Below are positions 1 to 9,601 of a stretch of 32,661 nt of DNA, piece by piece (within the stretch, counting starts at the first letter, position 1; each line of letters begins with the position of its first letter). The DNA lies in the NCBI GenBank assembly GCA_030765585.1, contig JAVCCJ010000053.1, positions 1-32,661 of the forward strand. The letters are read 5' to 3'. Both the position numbers and the translations under genes were made by a program. The DNA is from Candidatus Zapsychrus exili (GTDB lineage Bacteria > Omnitrophota > Gorgyraeia > Zapsychrales > Zapsychraceae). The notes under the pieces were generated by a model. It did not search any database and was not told the DNA's origin. It saw only the letters and a program-made list of their open reading frames with translations.

Positions 1-464
1 TGAGGTTTTCTTACAATGGCACGACCCAAAGCAACACGTTGTCTCTCGCCACCAGAAAGTTGTTTGGGACGACGATCTAACACTGGCTTGATACCTAAAA
101 TTTCTGCTGCTTCAGTTACTCTGCGATTAATTTCATGCTTTGGATACCCTCTTAATCTAAGACCAAAGGACATATTTTCAGAAACTGTCATATGCGGGTA
201 TAGGGAATAGTTTTGAAAAACCATTGCAATATCACGATCTTTAGCAGGAACATCATTTACCAATTTATCGCCTATCCAAATCTTACCTTCTGACAATTCT
301 TCCAAGCCTGCTATCATTCGTAATGTTGTTGATTTTCCACATCCGGAGGGACCAACCAAGACCATAAATTCTTTATTTTCAACTCCTATGTTTATAGAGT
401 TTACTGCCTTCTGATCTGTGCCTGAATATATTTTTGATACATCTTTTAAACTAACATATGCCAT
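1..464 (-). CDS. Carbohydrate (CUT1, MalK/UgpC/MsmX-like) ABC transporter ATP-binding subunit, runs off the left edge
   Basis: Missing from the ORF track; my translation from ATG at 464 gives [15 protein letters not shown]...[24 protein letters not shown]...[19 protein letters not shown]...[20 protein letters not shown] (Walker A, Q-loop, ABC signature). Confidence 0.95.
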   Translation of the reverse strand, partial: MAYVSLKDVSKIYSGTDQKAVNSINIGVENKEFMVLVGPSGCGKSTTLRMIAGLEELSEGKIWIGDKLVNDVPAKDRDIAMVFQNYSLYPHMTVSENMSFGLRLRGYPKHEINRRVTEAAEILGIKPVLDRRPKQLSGGERQRVALGRAIVRKP

Positions 465-577
465 ATTATGACTTTATTTCTTTATAAATTCTAATTAATA
501 AATTATAAATTCTGAATAAAGATTTATCTCTAACATCAACTACCTGAAAACAAATATCCATTTTTTCATTAGTGGCT

Positions 578-606
578 ATTCTATATAATAATATAAGAAT
601 ATGCAA
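578..606 (-). promoter_or_regulatory. Putative sigma70 promoter for the ABC ATPase
   Basis: Minus strand TTGCAT-N17-TAGAAT; AT-rich context makes a chance match possible. Confidence 0.45.
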
Positions 607-632
607 ATAAAATATTAATATGTCTAAGAATA

Positions 633-1472
633 TTAATTATTAGAATAATTAATTATCTGGGCTATCGTACTTTTGAGTTTTGCACGTTCTACGATCATAT
701 CGATCAGCCCATGGGCAAGGAGAAATTCAGACTTCTGAAATCCTTCTGGAAGTTTTTGACGAATTGTTTGTTCAACAACACGAGGACCTGCAAATCCAAC
801 CAAAGCTTTTGGTTCTGCCATAATAATATCTCCTACTCCAGCAAAAGAAGCCATAATGCCTCCCATAGTAGGATTAGTTAAAACAGAAATGTGCAATAAA
901 CCAGCTTCACCATGTTTTGCCAAAGCAGCGCAGGTTTTTGCCATTTGCATCAAAGAAATGGCACCTTCATACATTCTAGCTCCGCCACCAGATCCCGAAA
1001 CAATGATTACAGGCAACTTATTCTCTATAGCATGCTCAATAACTCTTGTAACTTTCTCGCCGACAACAGACCCCATTGACCCCATTATAAATCTTGAATC
1101 AGTAACAGCTATTACTATTTCTTTTTTATTTAGTTTTCCTGTGCCAGTTATAACTGCATCACGTAATTTTGTTCTTTTTTGATCAGACTCCAACTTCTCT
1201 TTGTAAGTCTTAGGACCTTTAAATTTCAAAGGATCAACTGACATCATCTCAGCATCCATCTCTTTAAACGTACCATTATCTATAAGCAAGTCTACTCTTT
1301 GATAGGCAGTTATAGAAAAATGCCAACCACATTTAGGGCAGACATTATCATTACCTTCTAATTCTTTATTATATGTAACTGCGGCACATTCTGGACACTT
1401 AGTCCAAAGCGCTGGCATTTCCTTCTTCTTTACATTAACTAAGGTATATTTCTTTTTACCAAACAAGCTCAT
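633..1472 (-). CDS. accD: Acetyl-CoA carboxylase carboxyltransferase beta subunit
   Basis: N-terminal LWTKCPEC...VCPKC zinc finger, GSMGSVVGEK, GGARMYEG, FAGPRVVEQT. Confidence 0.96.
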   Translation of the reverse strand: MSLFGKKKYTLVNVKKKEMPALWTKCPECAAVTYNKELEGNDNVCPKCGWHFSITAYQRVDLLIDNGTFKEMDAEMMSVDPLKFKGPKTYKEKLESDQKRTKLRDAVITGTGKLNKKEIVIAVTDSRFIMGSMGSVVGEKVTRVIEHAIENKLPVIIVSGSGGGARMYEGAISLMQMAKTCAALAKHGEAGLLHISVLTNPTMGGIMASFAGVGDIIMAEPKALVGFAGPRVVEQTIRQKLPEGFQKSEFLLAHGLIDMIVERAKLKSTIAQIINYSNN

Positions 1473-1475
1473 ATT

Positions 1476-2741
1476 CTAGTCCAGTTTATATGCTGTTAGT
1501 CCGGATAGTACTTTTGGATAAAAATAAGTTGTTTTAGGAGGCATTCTCTCTCCATTTAAAGCTATCTCTTTTAACTGAGAAATTTTAACTGCATTCATTA
1601 TAAAACTTGCAGCTGCCTTACCTTCATTTACCATATCAATTGCTTCTGACAAATCTTTTGTATAAATAATATCATCTGAAGCAATACCTATTTTATCAAA
1701 TACAAAATTCTTCAATATAGTCGCATCAAGACTTTTATATTCTTTTGAACCTTCCTTAATATGCTCATCAATAAAAAGCTTATTCTTAAGTCTCAATAAC
1801 TTAATACCTGACTTTAGATAAAGTCCAAATGCATGTTCATTTCTACCTGCGCGACCCAACAAAACAGCCAGATCATTTTTATTGCTAACTTTATCAATTC
1901 TAAAGAATTCCTCCAAGAAACTTAAATCTTCTGGAAATTTTTTAACAATTCTATGCATAGGAAATATTTTCAAATCTTTAGAATCAATATTAGTGAAATA
2001 TGTCATTACATAATTAAAAGGTTCTTTTCCTGTAGAATTCATTTTCCTTGCTAATCGTGATCTTCTATAATCTTTTGCTACTTGATAGCGATGGTGACCA
2101 TCTGCAATGAAAATATGTTGCTCTGCTAAAGATTTGTTAATATCTTTTATCATATCTTCATCTTGAAATTGCCATAATTTATGCACAACACCATCTTTAT
2201 CAATAATGTCCACCAAAGGCTTTTGCGAAACAACATTCTTGTTAAATATCTTCTCAGCCTTCCTATGTTTGTCTGAATAGCAAACAAATATACAGCTAAG
2301 ACTAGAATTAAGCGCCTTAAGTAATGTAAATCTATCATCTACTGCATGAGCGTGTGTATTCTCATGAGGAAGAACCTTAGAATCTTCTTCATTCGCTAAC
2401 TCCATAAGAGAAATAAATCCCATTCTGTTATATTTTTGCCCTTGTACCTTATATTCTTGTTTATAAAAATATATTCCTGGCACCTCATCTTGTTTTAATA
2501 TGCCCTTTTTAAACCAATCCTCATAAACCTTCTTGGCTCTTGTATATTTATTATTATCTTTATCATCCTTTGATTTCTCTTTGGCGAGATCAATATGAAC
2601 AAAATTATAAGGGCTTAAAGACATAAGCTCGTCTTGTTCTTCAGAAGATATAACATCATATGGCGGTGCCACTACCTTTGACATATCTTTTATTTTTTCT
2701 ATGTTGTATCGTACCGCATTAAACGGTTTAATTGTAGACAT
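1476..2741 (-). CDS. DUF1015 family protein (ParB/Srx-like fold)
   Basis: APPYDVI, LPHENT, FIADGHHRY, MPPKTTYFYPK motifs. Confidence 0.9.
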   Translation of the reverse strand: MSTIKPFNAVRYNIEKIKDMSKVVAPPYDVISSEEQDELMSLSPYNFVHIDLAKEKSKDDKDNNKYTRAKKVYEDWFKKGILKQDEVPGIYFYKQEYKVQGQKYNRMGFISLMELANEEDSKVLPHENTHAHAVDDRFTLLKALNSSLSCIFVCYSDKHRKAEKIFNKNVVSQKPLVDIIDKDGVVHKLWQFQDEDMIKDINKSLAEQHIFIADGHHRYQVAKDYRRSRLARKMNSTGKEPFNYVMTYFTNIDSKDLKIFPMHRIVKKFPEDLSFLEEFFRIDKVSNKNDLAVLLGRAGRNEHAFGLYLKSGIKLLRLKNKLFIDEHIKEGSKEYKSLDATILKNFVFDKIGIASDDIIYTKDLSEAIDMVNEGKAAASFIMNAVKISQLKEIALNGERMPPKTTYFYPKVLSGLTAYKLD

Positions 2742-2743
2742 GA

Positions 2744-3112
2744 CTAAACCTTACTTTTATTGTTAAATATAATATAACCGAACGCTCCTATGGCGCTCCC
2801 TATTGAATCAGCGAATACATCTAAAACAGATGAATCTCTTCCCAAAACAAATGACTGATGATATTCATCACTTAAACCATAAACAGAAGCTAATAACAAA
2901 CTTAAAATTAATATTATTTTATTATTAAGCCTATCCGTTGAACAACAAAAGGCTCTACTTAGTAGCAGCCCTAAAGGCACATATTCAATAATGTGCAAAA
3001 CTTTATCAAAGTGCTTAATATCAACCTTAGCATCTAAATTTGGCAAAGAGGACACCCAAAAGATAATACCAGAATAAACAAACACAGGAAACCAAAATCT
3101 AATAAATTTCAA
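2744..3112 (-). CDS. VanZ-family membrane protein (start re-called at TTG 3112)
   Basis: IFWVSS, DKVLHIIEY, YGLSDEYHQSFVLGR, DVFAD motifs; GGGGAG Shine-Dalgarno (SD) just upstream of TTG at 3112; the longer track ORF overlaps the FmdB gene. Confidence 0.88.
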   Translation of the reverse strand: MKFIRFWFPVFVYSGIIFWVSSLPNLDAKVDIKHFDKVLHIIEYVPLGLLLSRAFCCSTDRLNNKIILILSLLLASVYGLSDEYHQSFVLGRDSSVLDVFADSIGSAIGAFGYIIFNNKSKV

Positions 3113-3140
3113 ATAATTCTCCCCTATAAATGCCAAATGC

Positions 3141-3395
3141 CTATTTATCTGACATCGGGCAAGACTTACAGGCAGGCGCGTCTTTTGAAGATGAACAATT
3201 TGGCGCGTCTTTTTTCTTATAATCAGTCTCGTAAAATCCGCTTCCTTTAAATATAACGCCCATTCCAGCACCTATTAGTCTCTGCAAAGTCTTTTTTCCG
3301 CAATCAGAACACTTTTCAAGTTCCTTATCTGTCATTGACTGTAAGATCTCAAACGTATAATTACAATTTGAACATTCATATTTATATGTTGGCAT
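3141..3395 (-). CDS. FmdB-family zinc ribbon protein
   Basis: MPTYKYECSNC...CSDCG...IFKGSGFYETDY with C-terminal CxxC. Confidence 0.92.
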   Translation of the reverse strand: MPTYKYECSNCNYTFEILQSMTDKELEKCSDCGKKTLQRLIGAGMGVIFKGSGFYETDYKKKDAPNCSSSKDAPACKSCPMSDK

Positions 3396-3404
3396 ATCTA
3401 TTAC

Positions 3405-4547
3405 CTATTTAAATACCTTTTTTATCTTCTCTTTTATACTTTCTTGCTTTTCGCCCACTTTTTCACCAGATTCTGCTGCAAATTCTTCCAATAAAGCCTT
3501 TTGTTTAGCATTCAAACTCTTTGGGACCTGAATCATAACCTTAACATACTGATCACCTCCTGATCTTCCATGAACATCAGGCATACCTTTACCTTTTAAT
3601 CTAAATATCTTACCACTTTGAGTTGCTGCTGGTATTTTCATAGAAACTTTTCCAGAAAGCGTAGGAATTGATACTTCGCCACCTAAAGCAGCTATTATAA
3701 ATTGGAGCGGAAACTCAATAACAATATCATTCCCATCTCTATGATAAATATCATGAACAAGAACATGTATATATAAATACAAGTCTCCTGCTCCTCCCTT
3801 TGCTATCTCTCCTTCGTTTCTGACCCTCAAACGAGATGTATTATCAACTCCAGCTGGTATTGTTACATCAATATTCCTCGTAACCTTAGAGTAACCTTTT
3901 CCATTACATTTAGCACAATAGTCTGTAATTATTTTGCCTTGTCCACCACAGCTAGAACAAGCTTGAGCCATTCTAAAGAATCCGCTTGATGCAACAACCT
4001 GACCACGACCATCGCATGCTTGACATGTCTTTAATTTGCTCCCTGATTTTGCACCTGAACCGTCACAAGTTTCGCAATGTTCATTTCGAGGAATTTTTAT
4101 CTTTTTCTTTACCCCACTAAAAGCTTCTTCTAAAGTGATATCGGCTTCATATTGTATATCTCTTCCGCGACGAACATAGTTTGATCTACCTCCCGACGAA
4201 GAACCACCAAAACCTGATGAACCTCCAAAGAATTGACTAAAAATATCACCTAAACCCGCATCTCCAAAAACACTACTAAAATCAGCTCCACCAAAAATAT
4301 CATCTGATGTAAAGTTTTGATCTATGCCTGAATGACCATATTGATCATACATTTGTCTTTTCTTTGAATCAGATAAAACTCCATATGCCTCGGATATTTC
4401 TTTAAACTTTTCCTCAGACTCTTTTTTATCTGCCTCAGCAACTCTATCAGGATGATACTTTAAAGCCAAAGAACGATATGCTTTCTTAATTTGCTGTAAA
4501 GTAGAACCTTTTTGAATACCTAAAACTTCATAATAATCTTTCTTCAA
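3405..4547 (-). CDS. dnaJ: Chaperone DnaJ
   Basis: J domain with HPD, G/F-rich linker, four CxxCxGxG repeats; TTG start. Confidence 0.98.
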   Translation of the reverse strand: MKKDYYEVLGIQKGSTLQQIKKAYRSLALKYHPDRVAEADKKESEEKFKEISEAYGVLSDSKKRQMYDQYGHSGIDQNFTSDDIFGGADFSSVFGDAGLGDIFSQFFGGSSGFGGSSSGGRSNYVRRGRDIQYEADITLEEAFSGVKKKIKIPRNEHCETCDGSGAKSGSKLKTCQACDGRGQVVASSGFFRMAQACSSCGGQGKIITDYCAKCNGKGYSKVTRNIDVTIPAGVDNTSRLRVRNEGEIAKGGAGDLYLYIHVLVHDIYHRDGNDIVIEFPLQFIIAALGGEVSIPTLSGKVSMKIPAATQSGKIFRLKGKGMPDVHGRSGGDQYVKVMIQVPKSLNAKQKALLEEFAAESGEKVGEKQESIKEKIKKVFK

Positions 4548-4550
4548 TTT

Positions 4551-6482
4551 TTATTCTTTCTTTTCGTCATCTTCCGCCTTAAAATCAGCGTCGATAACGT
4601 CTTCTTTATCTTTAGAATCACTTTTCTTGTTTTCTTCGGCGTCACCAGCTGCTTGAGCTTGATCGCCACCAGCTGCTTGATCCCCACCAGCTGCTTGTTG
4701 AGAAGCCGTTGCTTTATAAACTTCCTCAGCTAACTTATGGCTTGCTTTCTGTAAAGACTCCATAGAACTTTTTATTTTATCTAAGTTTTTTTCCTTAATA
4801 GCCTCTCTTAAAGTCTCTAATTCTTTTTCAATATTAGCTTTTTCATCATCAGATACTTTATCGCCATAATCTTTAACAGCTTTTTCAGTCGAATAAACAA
4901 CTGCGTTTGCTTGGTTAACAACTTCAACTTCTTCTTTTTTCTTTTTATCTTCTTCAGAATATTTCTCAGCTTCTTTAACCATCTTGTCAATCTCTTCATC
5001 AGATAACTTTGTAGAAGCCGTAATCTTAATTGATTGTTCTTTTCCTGTTCCTTTGTCTTTAGCTGAAACATGAACAATACCGTCTGTATCAATATCAAAA
5101 GTTACTTCTATTTGAGGAACTCCACGAGTAGCAGGTGGAATACCAACTAAATCAAAACGACCTAATTCAGTATTATCTGCTGCCATTTGACGTTCACCCT
5201 GCATAACTCTTATTGTTACAGCCGATTGATTGTCATCTGCTGTTGAAAATATTTGAGACTTCTTAATAGGAATAGTTGTATTTCTTTCAATAAGTTTTGT
5301 AAGAATTCCACCCATGGTTTCAATTCCTAAAGTAAGTGGAGTAACGTCTAGAAGTAAAACTTCTTTAGCCTCTCCTCTGACTATACCTGCTTGAATAGCA
5401 GCGCCCAATGCAACACATTCCATTGGATCAATTCTACGTTCTATTTTTTGTCCTACTTCATCTTCTACAAACTTTTGTACTATAGGCATACGTGTTGGAC
5501 CACCAACAAGAATTACTTTATCAACCTTAACATCTTCGCCTAATTTTGATGCTGCGTCTTTTAACGCTTGTACGATAGGCTGACGACATCTATCAACAAT
5601 AGGAGCAACCATGCTCTCTAGCTTTGCTCTATCAATTGTCAAAGTAAGATGCTTCGGCCCGGTTGCATCAGCAGTAATAAATGGGAGATTTATCTCTGTT
5701 GATACTGTAGATGAAAGCTCAACTTTTGCCTTTTCAGCTGCTTCTCTTAATCGCTGAAAAGCCATTTTATCGTTTGTTAAATCAACGCCTGATTCTTTCT
5801 TGAATTCTGATACAATATATTCAATTAATAAATTATCCATATCAGTTCCGCCAAGATGATTATCTCCGCTGGTCGATAAAACCTCAAATGTTGCTGCTTT
5901 ATGATCTTCGTCCCATCCCATTTCTAAAACAGTAACATCAAGAGTTCCGCCACCAAAATCAAAAACCATAATATTTTGTTCTTTACCTGCTTTATCAATT
6001 CCATAAGCAAGACATGCAGCAGTTGGCTCATTGATTATTCTTAACACCTTAAGACCTGCGATCTCGCCTGCATCTTTTGTAGCTTGTCTTTGGTTATCAT
6101 TAAAATAAGCAGGAACAGTTATAACTGCCTCATCAACAGTCTCTCCAAGATATTTCTCAGAATCAGCTTTTATCTTTTGTAATATAAAAGAACTTATCTG
6201 TTGTGGCGTAAATTCTTTATCTCCAACCTTAAATTTCTCATTTGTCCCCATTTTTCTTTTAGCTGCATAAATAGTTCCTTCAGAATTTATTGGGGCTTGC
6301 CTTTTTGCAGGCTCTCCTACTAGACGCTGTCCATCTTTTGTAAATGCTACAAAAGAAGGAAATGCCTTGCCTGATGCAACACCAGCTCCTTCTGCCGAAG
6401 GAATAATGACAGGACGTCCTGCCTCCATAATTGCTGCAGCTGAGTTTGAAGTTCCTAAATCGATTCCTATTGCTTTTCCCAT
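4551..6482 (-). CDS. dnaK: Chaperone DnaK (Hsp70)
   Basis: [51 protein letters not shown]-terminal DVIDADF. Confidence 0.99.
   Translation of the reverse strand: MGKAIGIDLGTSNSAAAIMEAGRPVIIPSAEGAGVASGKAFPSFVAFTKDGQRLVGEPAKRQAPINSEGTIYAAKRKMGTNEKFKVGDKEFTPQQISSFILQKIKADSEKYLGETVDEAVITVPAYFNDNQRQATKDAGEIAGLKVLRIINEPTAACLAYGIDKAGKEQNIMVFDFGGGTLDVTVLEMGWDEDHKAATFEVLSTSGDNHLGGTDMDNLLIEYIVSEFKKESGVDLTNDKMAFQRLREAAEKAKVELSSTVSTEINLPFITADATGPKHLTLTIDRAKLESMVAPIVDRCRQPIVQALKDAASKLGEDVKVDKVILVGGPTRMPIVQKFVEDEVGQKIERRIDPMECVALGAAIQAGIVRGEAKEVLLLDVTPLTLGIETMGGILTKLIERNTTIPIKKSQIFSTADDNQSAVTIRVMQGERQMAADNTELGRFDLVGIPPATRGVPQIEVTFDIDTDGIVHVSAKDKGTGKEQSIKITASTKLSDEEIDKMVKEAEKYSEEDKKKKEEVEVVNQANAVVYSTEKAVKDYGDKVSDDEKANIEKELETLREAIKEKNLDKIKSSMESLQKASHKLAEEVYKATASQQAAGGDQAAGGDQAQAAGDAEENKKSDSKDKEDVIDADFKAEDDEKKE
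4641..4700. repeat. Short coding tandem repeat in the DnaK C-terminal tail (QAAGGD-like, three copies)
   Basis: CACCAGCTGCTTG occurs three times and encodes [20 protein letters not shown]. Confidence 0.8.
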
Positions 6483-6542
6483 TTCTTTTACCTCCGTATA
6501 GTTACTGCTCAGTAAATATTATTTACCACTTTTCTTTATTAA

Positions 6543-7058
6543 TTATTTCTTTTTTGCTACTTTTACTTTTGCTGTTCTTATTACTTTCTCTCCTAGAAGA
6601 TATCCTCTTTGTAATTCTTCTAAAACAATTCCATCTTCTTGATCCTCTGTTTCTTCTTGCAAAAGAATTTCACAAGAATTCGGATCAAAAACTTTACCAT
6701 TTGCTTCAATTAGTTTTACTCCATTTTTAACCAACATCTCATCAATTCTTTTCATTATCATTTCAATGCCTTTTAAAAATGCATCATAATCCTGATGTTT
6801 AGCTTCTGCAGCGTCAACTGTTCTATGAAGATCATCTAGCACATCTAAGAATTGAGTAATAATACCTTCATTGGCATATTTAACAAATTCTATTTTCTCT
6901 CTTTCCATCCGCTTGCGAGCATTCTCAAAGTCAGCATAAAGTCTAAGATACTTATCTTTATAATCTGCTAATTCATCATTAAGCTTTTTATGCTCTGACT
7001 CTTTAATTTTAATTGTCTTATCTTTTATTTCTTTGGTTTTATTCTGTTCTTTTTCCAT
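6543..7058 (-). CDS. grpE: Nucleotide exchange factor GrpE
   Basis: YLRLYADFENARKR, FDPN, LQRGYLLGEKVIRTAKVKV; lies between hrcA and dnaK. Confidence 0.97.
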   Translation of the reverse strand: MEKEQNKTKEIKDKTIKIKESEHKKLNDELADYKDKYLRLYADFENARKRMEREKIEFVKYANEGIITQFLDVLDDLHRTVDAAEAKHQDYDAFLKGIEMIMKRIDEMLVKNGVKLIEANGKVFDPNSCEILLQEETEDQEDGIVLEELQRGYLLGEKVIRTAKVKVAKKK

Positions 7059-7061
7059 TTT

Positions 7062-7799
7062 TTATACTATCTCTTCCATTAATTCAGAAAAATAATCTAA
7101 AGTTGATACAACACGTCTGTAATTCATGCGTGTTGGGCCTAAAATAGCTATTCTACCTGATGCGCCATGCTTTGTTTTGTATCCAGAGACAACTAACGAA
7201 CATATATTAATATCCTGGCATGGCATTTCTTGACCAATAAAAACTTCAATTCTCTTAGCCAATTCTCTATTTATAATCTTAAGTAGTCTCTCTTTATCGT
7301 CTAGAGTCTTTAATATACATCTTATTTTATTCAAATCTTGGTACTCAGAGTATCCAACAATAAAATTTGTTCCCTGACAGAACATTTTATTCCCTTGACC
7401 ATCAATTGATACAATACTTGTACAATTAGTCATATCAGAAAGAACTTTCGACGTTTTCTCTAGCAAAACATCTAACTCTTTTTTTTCTTGGGAATATTCC
7501 TCTTTTATTTTCTGTTTTTCTTCGTCAAGTAAACCCATTTCTGTTAAAAAATTATCTACATAATAACGATAACCTTTTTGGGTGGGCACGCGACCGGCTG
7601 AAGTATGAGGATGAGTCAAAAATCCCTCTTCTTCTAATTCAGCAAATATATTCCTTACAGTTGCTGAGCTTAAATCTAGAGAAAATTCTCTTACAATAGT
7701 CTTAGAACTTACTGGTGCCATTGTGCCAATATAATGATTAATAGCAAGGTTTAATAACCTGTCCTTCCTTGCCTTAACATCTGTTAAACGTGGTGTCAT
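7062..7799 (-). CDS. hrcA: Heat-inducible transcription repressor HrcA (short form)
   Basis: SSATVRN...LTHPHTSAGRVPT.KGYRYYVD wHTH, C-terminal ILGPTRMNY; CIRCE upstream. Confidence 0.93.
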   Translation of the reverse strand: MTPRLTDVKARKDRLLNLAINHYIGTMAPVSSKTIVREFSLDLSSATVRNIFAELEEEGFLTHPHTSAGRVPTQKGYRYYVDNFLTEMGLLDEEKQKIKEEYSQEKKELDVLLEKTSKVLSDMTNCTSIVSIDGQGNKMFCQGTNFIVGYSEYQDLNKIRCILKTLDDKERLLKIINRELAKRIEVFIGQEMPCQDINICSLVVSGYKTKHGASGRIAILGPTRMNYRRVVSTLDYFSELMEEIV

Positions 7800-7857
7800 T
7801 TAAATACCCTATTTATATAATTTAAATAATACAAACAATTTAGTTTTCTGTTTTAAT

Positions 7858-7884
7858 TTAGCACTCTTGTTCTTTGATTGCTAA
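7858..7884. promoter_or_regulatory. CIRCE operator (HrcA binding site)
   Basis: TTAGCACTC-N9-GATTGCTAA, one mismatch to consensus TTAGCACTC-N9-GAGTGCTAA, between the promoter and hrcA. Confidence 0.95.
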
Positions 7885-7891
7885 GCAAAGA

Positions 7892-7919
7892 ATTATAACA
7901 AAAAACCCTTTGATGTCAA
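7892..7919 (-). promoter_or_regulatory. sigma70 promoter of the hrcA-grpE-dnaK-dnaJ operon
   Basis: Minus strand TTGACA-N16-TATAAT with extended -10 TG, 7 nt upstream of CIRCE. Confidence 0.88.
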
Positions 7920-7956
7920 TATGAAATTTTTTATAGCTATTAAAAGGGCAGGAAGC

Positions 7957-8628
7957 TTAAATTTCGAGCTCTTTTGCAATAACAAGTAGCTTATCTAAAT
8001 AAGTTTCAATAGAGGTAGGATTGTCATGCAGATCATTTAAACTTGGCTTATACGTTACAACTGAGCTAAACTCCAGCACTATCAAACCATCTGTAATTCT
8101 TAGAGACAAAACTGGATGTCCAAGTCTATTTTGGTTCTTAAAAGAAGAAAATATACTAATTATTTTGCTATTATCAAGAATTTTATTAGCTACAGCAACA
8201 TTACTAGCATATATATTGAAATCCTTCAATTGTTTGGGAACTTTTACACGCGATATGTCCTTTTTCCCGCCACCAGAAGTATCAGATACGGTCATAAAAT
8301 CTAAGCGCATTGTTTCTGCTCGTCTTTTTTCAGTAAATCTTAGTATTAAATCATTTCTTATTTTTACCTTTAAATACGCTTTATTTATTACTTTTGCAAA
8401 AATCTTATCTTCTATATCTTCATAAATAAAATCATAACCTTCAAAAACGAAAGATATTCTAAAAGATTTTTCTTGGTCCTCTATGGGCTCTCGTTTTTTT
8501 TCTAAAATCTTCTCCATTTTATTTAAAAAACTCTCTCTTGAAGTAACACTAGAAGAGGAAGAAAACATTCCGAAAAAAATAATGCCCGCAAACATTAAAA
8601 CACCAATAAGTATATATAAAATAATCAT
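7957..8628 (-). CDS. Hypothetical protein with N-terminal transmembrane anchor
   Basis: 223 aa; hydrophobic MIILYILIGVLMFAGIIFFGMF followed by a Ser-rich linker and soluble domain; fills the gap between neighbours. Confidence 0.75.
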   Translation of the reverse strand: MIILYILIGVLMFAGIIFFGMFSSSSSVTSRESFLNKMEKILEKKREPIEDQEKSFRISFVFEGYDFIYEDIEDKIFAKVINKAYLKVKIRNDLILRFTEKRRAETMRLDFMTVSDTSGGGKKDISRVKVPKQLKDFNIYASNVAVANKILDNSKIISIFSSFKNQNRLGHPVLSLRITDGLIVLEFSSVVTYKPSLNDLHDNPTSIETYLDKLLVIAKELEI

Positions 8629-8637
8629 AATTTAAAT

Positions 8638-9564
8638 TTAATTCTCACTTAACATAAGATTCCCATACTTATTATACTCTCTATATGAAATTTTAACACC
8701 ATCTCTAAATATGCGCTTATTTTTTATATTTCCATTTTCATGATACGTTGAAAAAGCACCGCTTTGTTTCCCGCCTTTGAACCATCCCACTTCTTTTACT
8801 GCACCATCTTCATAAAACTCTCTATAAAGACCATGTTTTTTACCGTCTTTAAGCGAAACTTCTCTGAACAATTCTCCTGATTTATAATATTCTTTAACTG
8901 GACCTTCTTTTACAACTAAACTGCCGTCTTCAAGAGTGCCTTCTCTTTTTAAGAACCCTTCTATATCGTATTCTTTAATAGAGCCTTTTGGCATACCATT
9001 TTCTGCCTCAAATGTTCTAATAAGTCTTGACTCCTTGTCGAATTCTTCAATAATTCCAGATTGAATTCCATCTTTAAACCAAGCTGTTCTTAAAACATAT
9101 CCTGATGTTGTATATTCTTTGGAAAGTCCATTTTCTAAACCATTTTTATATTCTCTCTCATAATGGAGTTTACCGCTTCTATAATATTCTTTCATTATTC
9201 CTTTTGGAACACCAAAGTCATAGTAAACTTGCGATTTCAATGTACCATCAGCATAAAATAACTTCCCAAATCCGTTAAGTAAACTATCTTTATATTTCGC
9301 CTCCGCCTTTAAAAAACCATTCGGATGATAAATGCGCGCCTTTGATTGTAAAACTCCATTGACATAAAGGCCTTCGCCCTTGAGCATTCCAGCTTTATAA
9401 AAAGAATTAAAATACCCATTAGGCAAACCATTTTTATAGGTTATTACTCTTTTAAGCTCGCTGGTATCATAATATTGCTCATACGCTCCATCGTCGAGCT
9501 TAGGCCAGGCATGTGCGCTAAAAGACAATCCAAGAACAATAAAGATAATAATAAATATTTTCAT
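8638..9564 (-). CDS. Exported MORN-variant repeat protein (YwqK-like)
   Basis: Signal peptide ending AHA; many ~24-aa repeats YY.SG.L..E..YKNG...G. Confidence 0.88.
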   Translation of the reverse strand: MKIFIIIFIVLGLSFSAHAWPKLDDGAYEQYYDTSELKRVITYKNGLPNGYFNSFYKAGMLKGEGLYVNGVLQSKARIYHPNGFLKAEAKYKDSLLNGFGKLFYADGTLKSQVYYDFGVPKGIMKEYYRSGKLHYEREYKNGLENGLSKEYTTSGYVLRTAWFKDGIQSGIIEEFDKESRLIRTFEAENGMPKGSIKEYDIEGFLKREGTLEDGSLVVKEGPVKEYYKSGELFREVSLKDGKKHGLYREFYEDGAVKEVGWFKGGKQSGAFSTYHENGNIKNKRIFRDGVKISYREYNKYGNLMLSEN

Positions 9565-9572
9565 ATTAAAAC

Positions 9573-9601
9573 ATTATACCATTTTACTAAATTTTTGTGA
9601 A
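9573..9601 (-). promoter_or_regulatory. Putative sigma70 promoter for the MORN-repeat gene, overlapping the hflX stop
   Basis: Minus strand TTCACA-N17-TATAAT with extended -10 TG; -10 ends 8 nt before the ATG at 9564. Confidence 0.65.

Noticed and set aside
16..210. Plus-strand 64-aa ORF
   Set aside because: Antisense shadow of the minus-strand ABC ATPase, which has clear motifs
3113..3271. N-terminal extension of the VanZ ORF in the track
   Set aside because: Overlaps the FmdB gene out of frame; TTG at 3112 has a good SD and gives a normal VanZ length
8638..9564. Toxin-antitoxin or polymorphic toxin locus
   Set aside because: No neighbouring toxin, secretion or LXG/RHS gene; only the repeat family name suggests it
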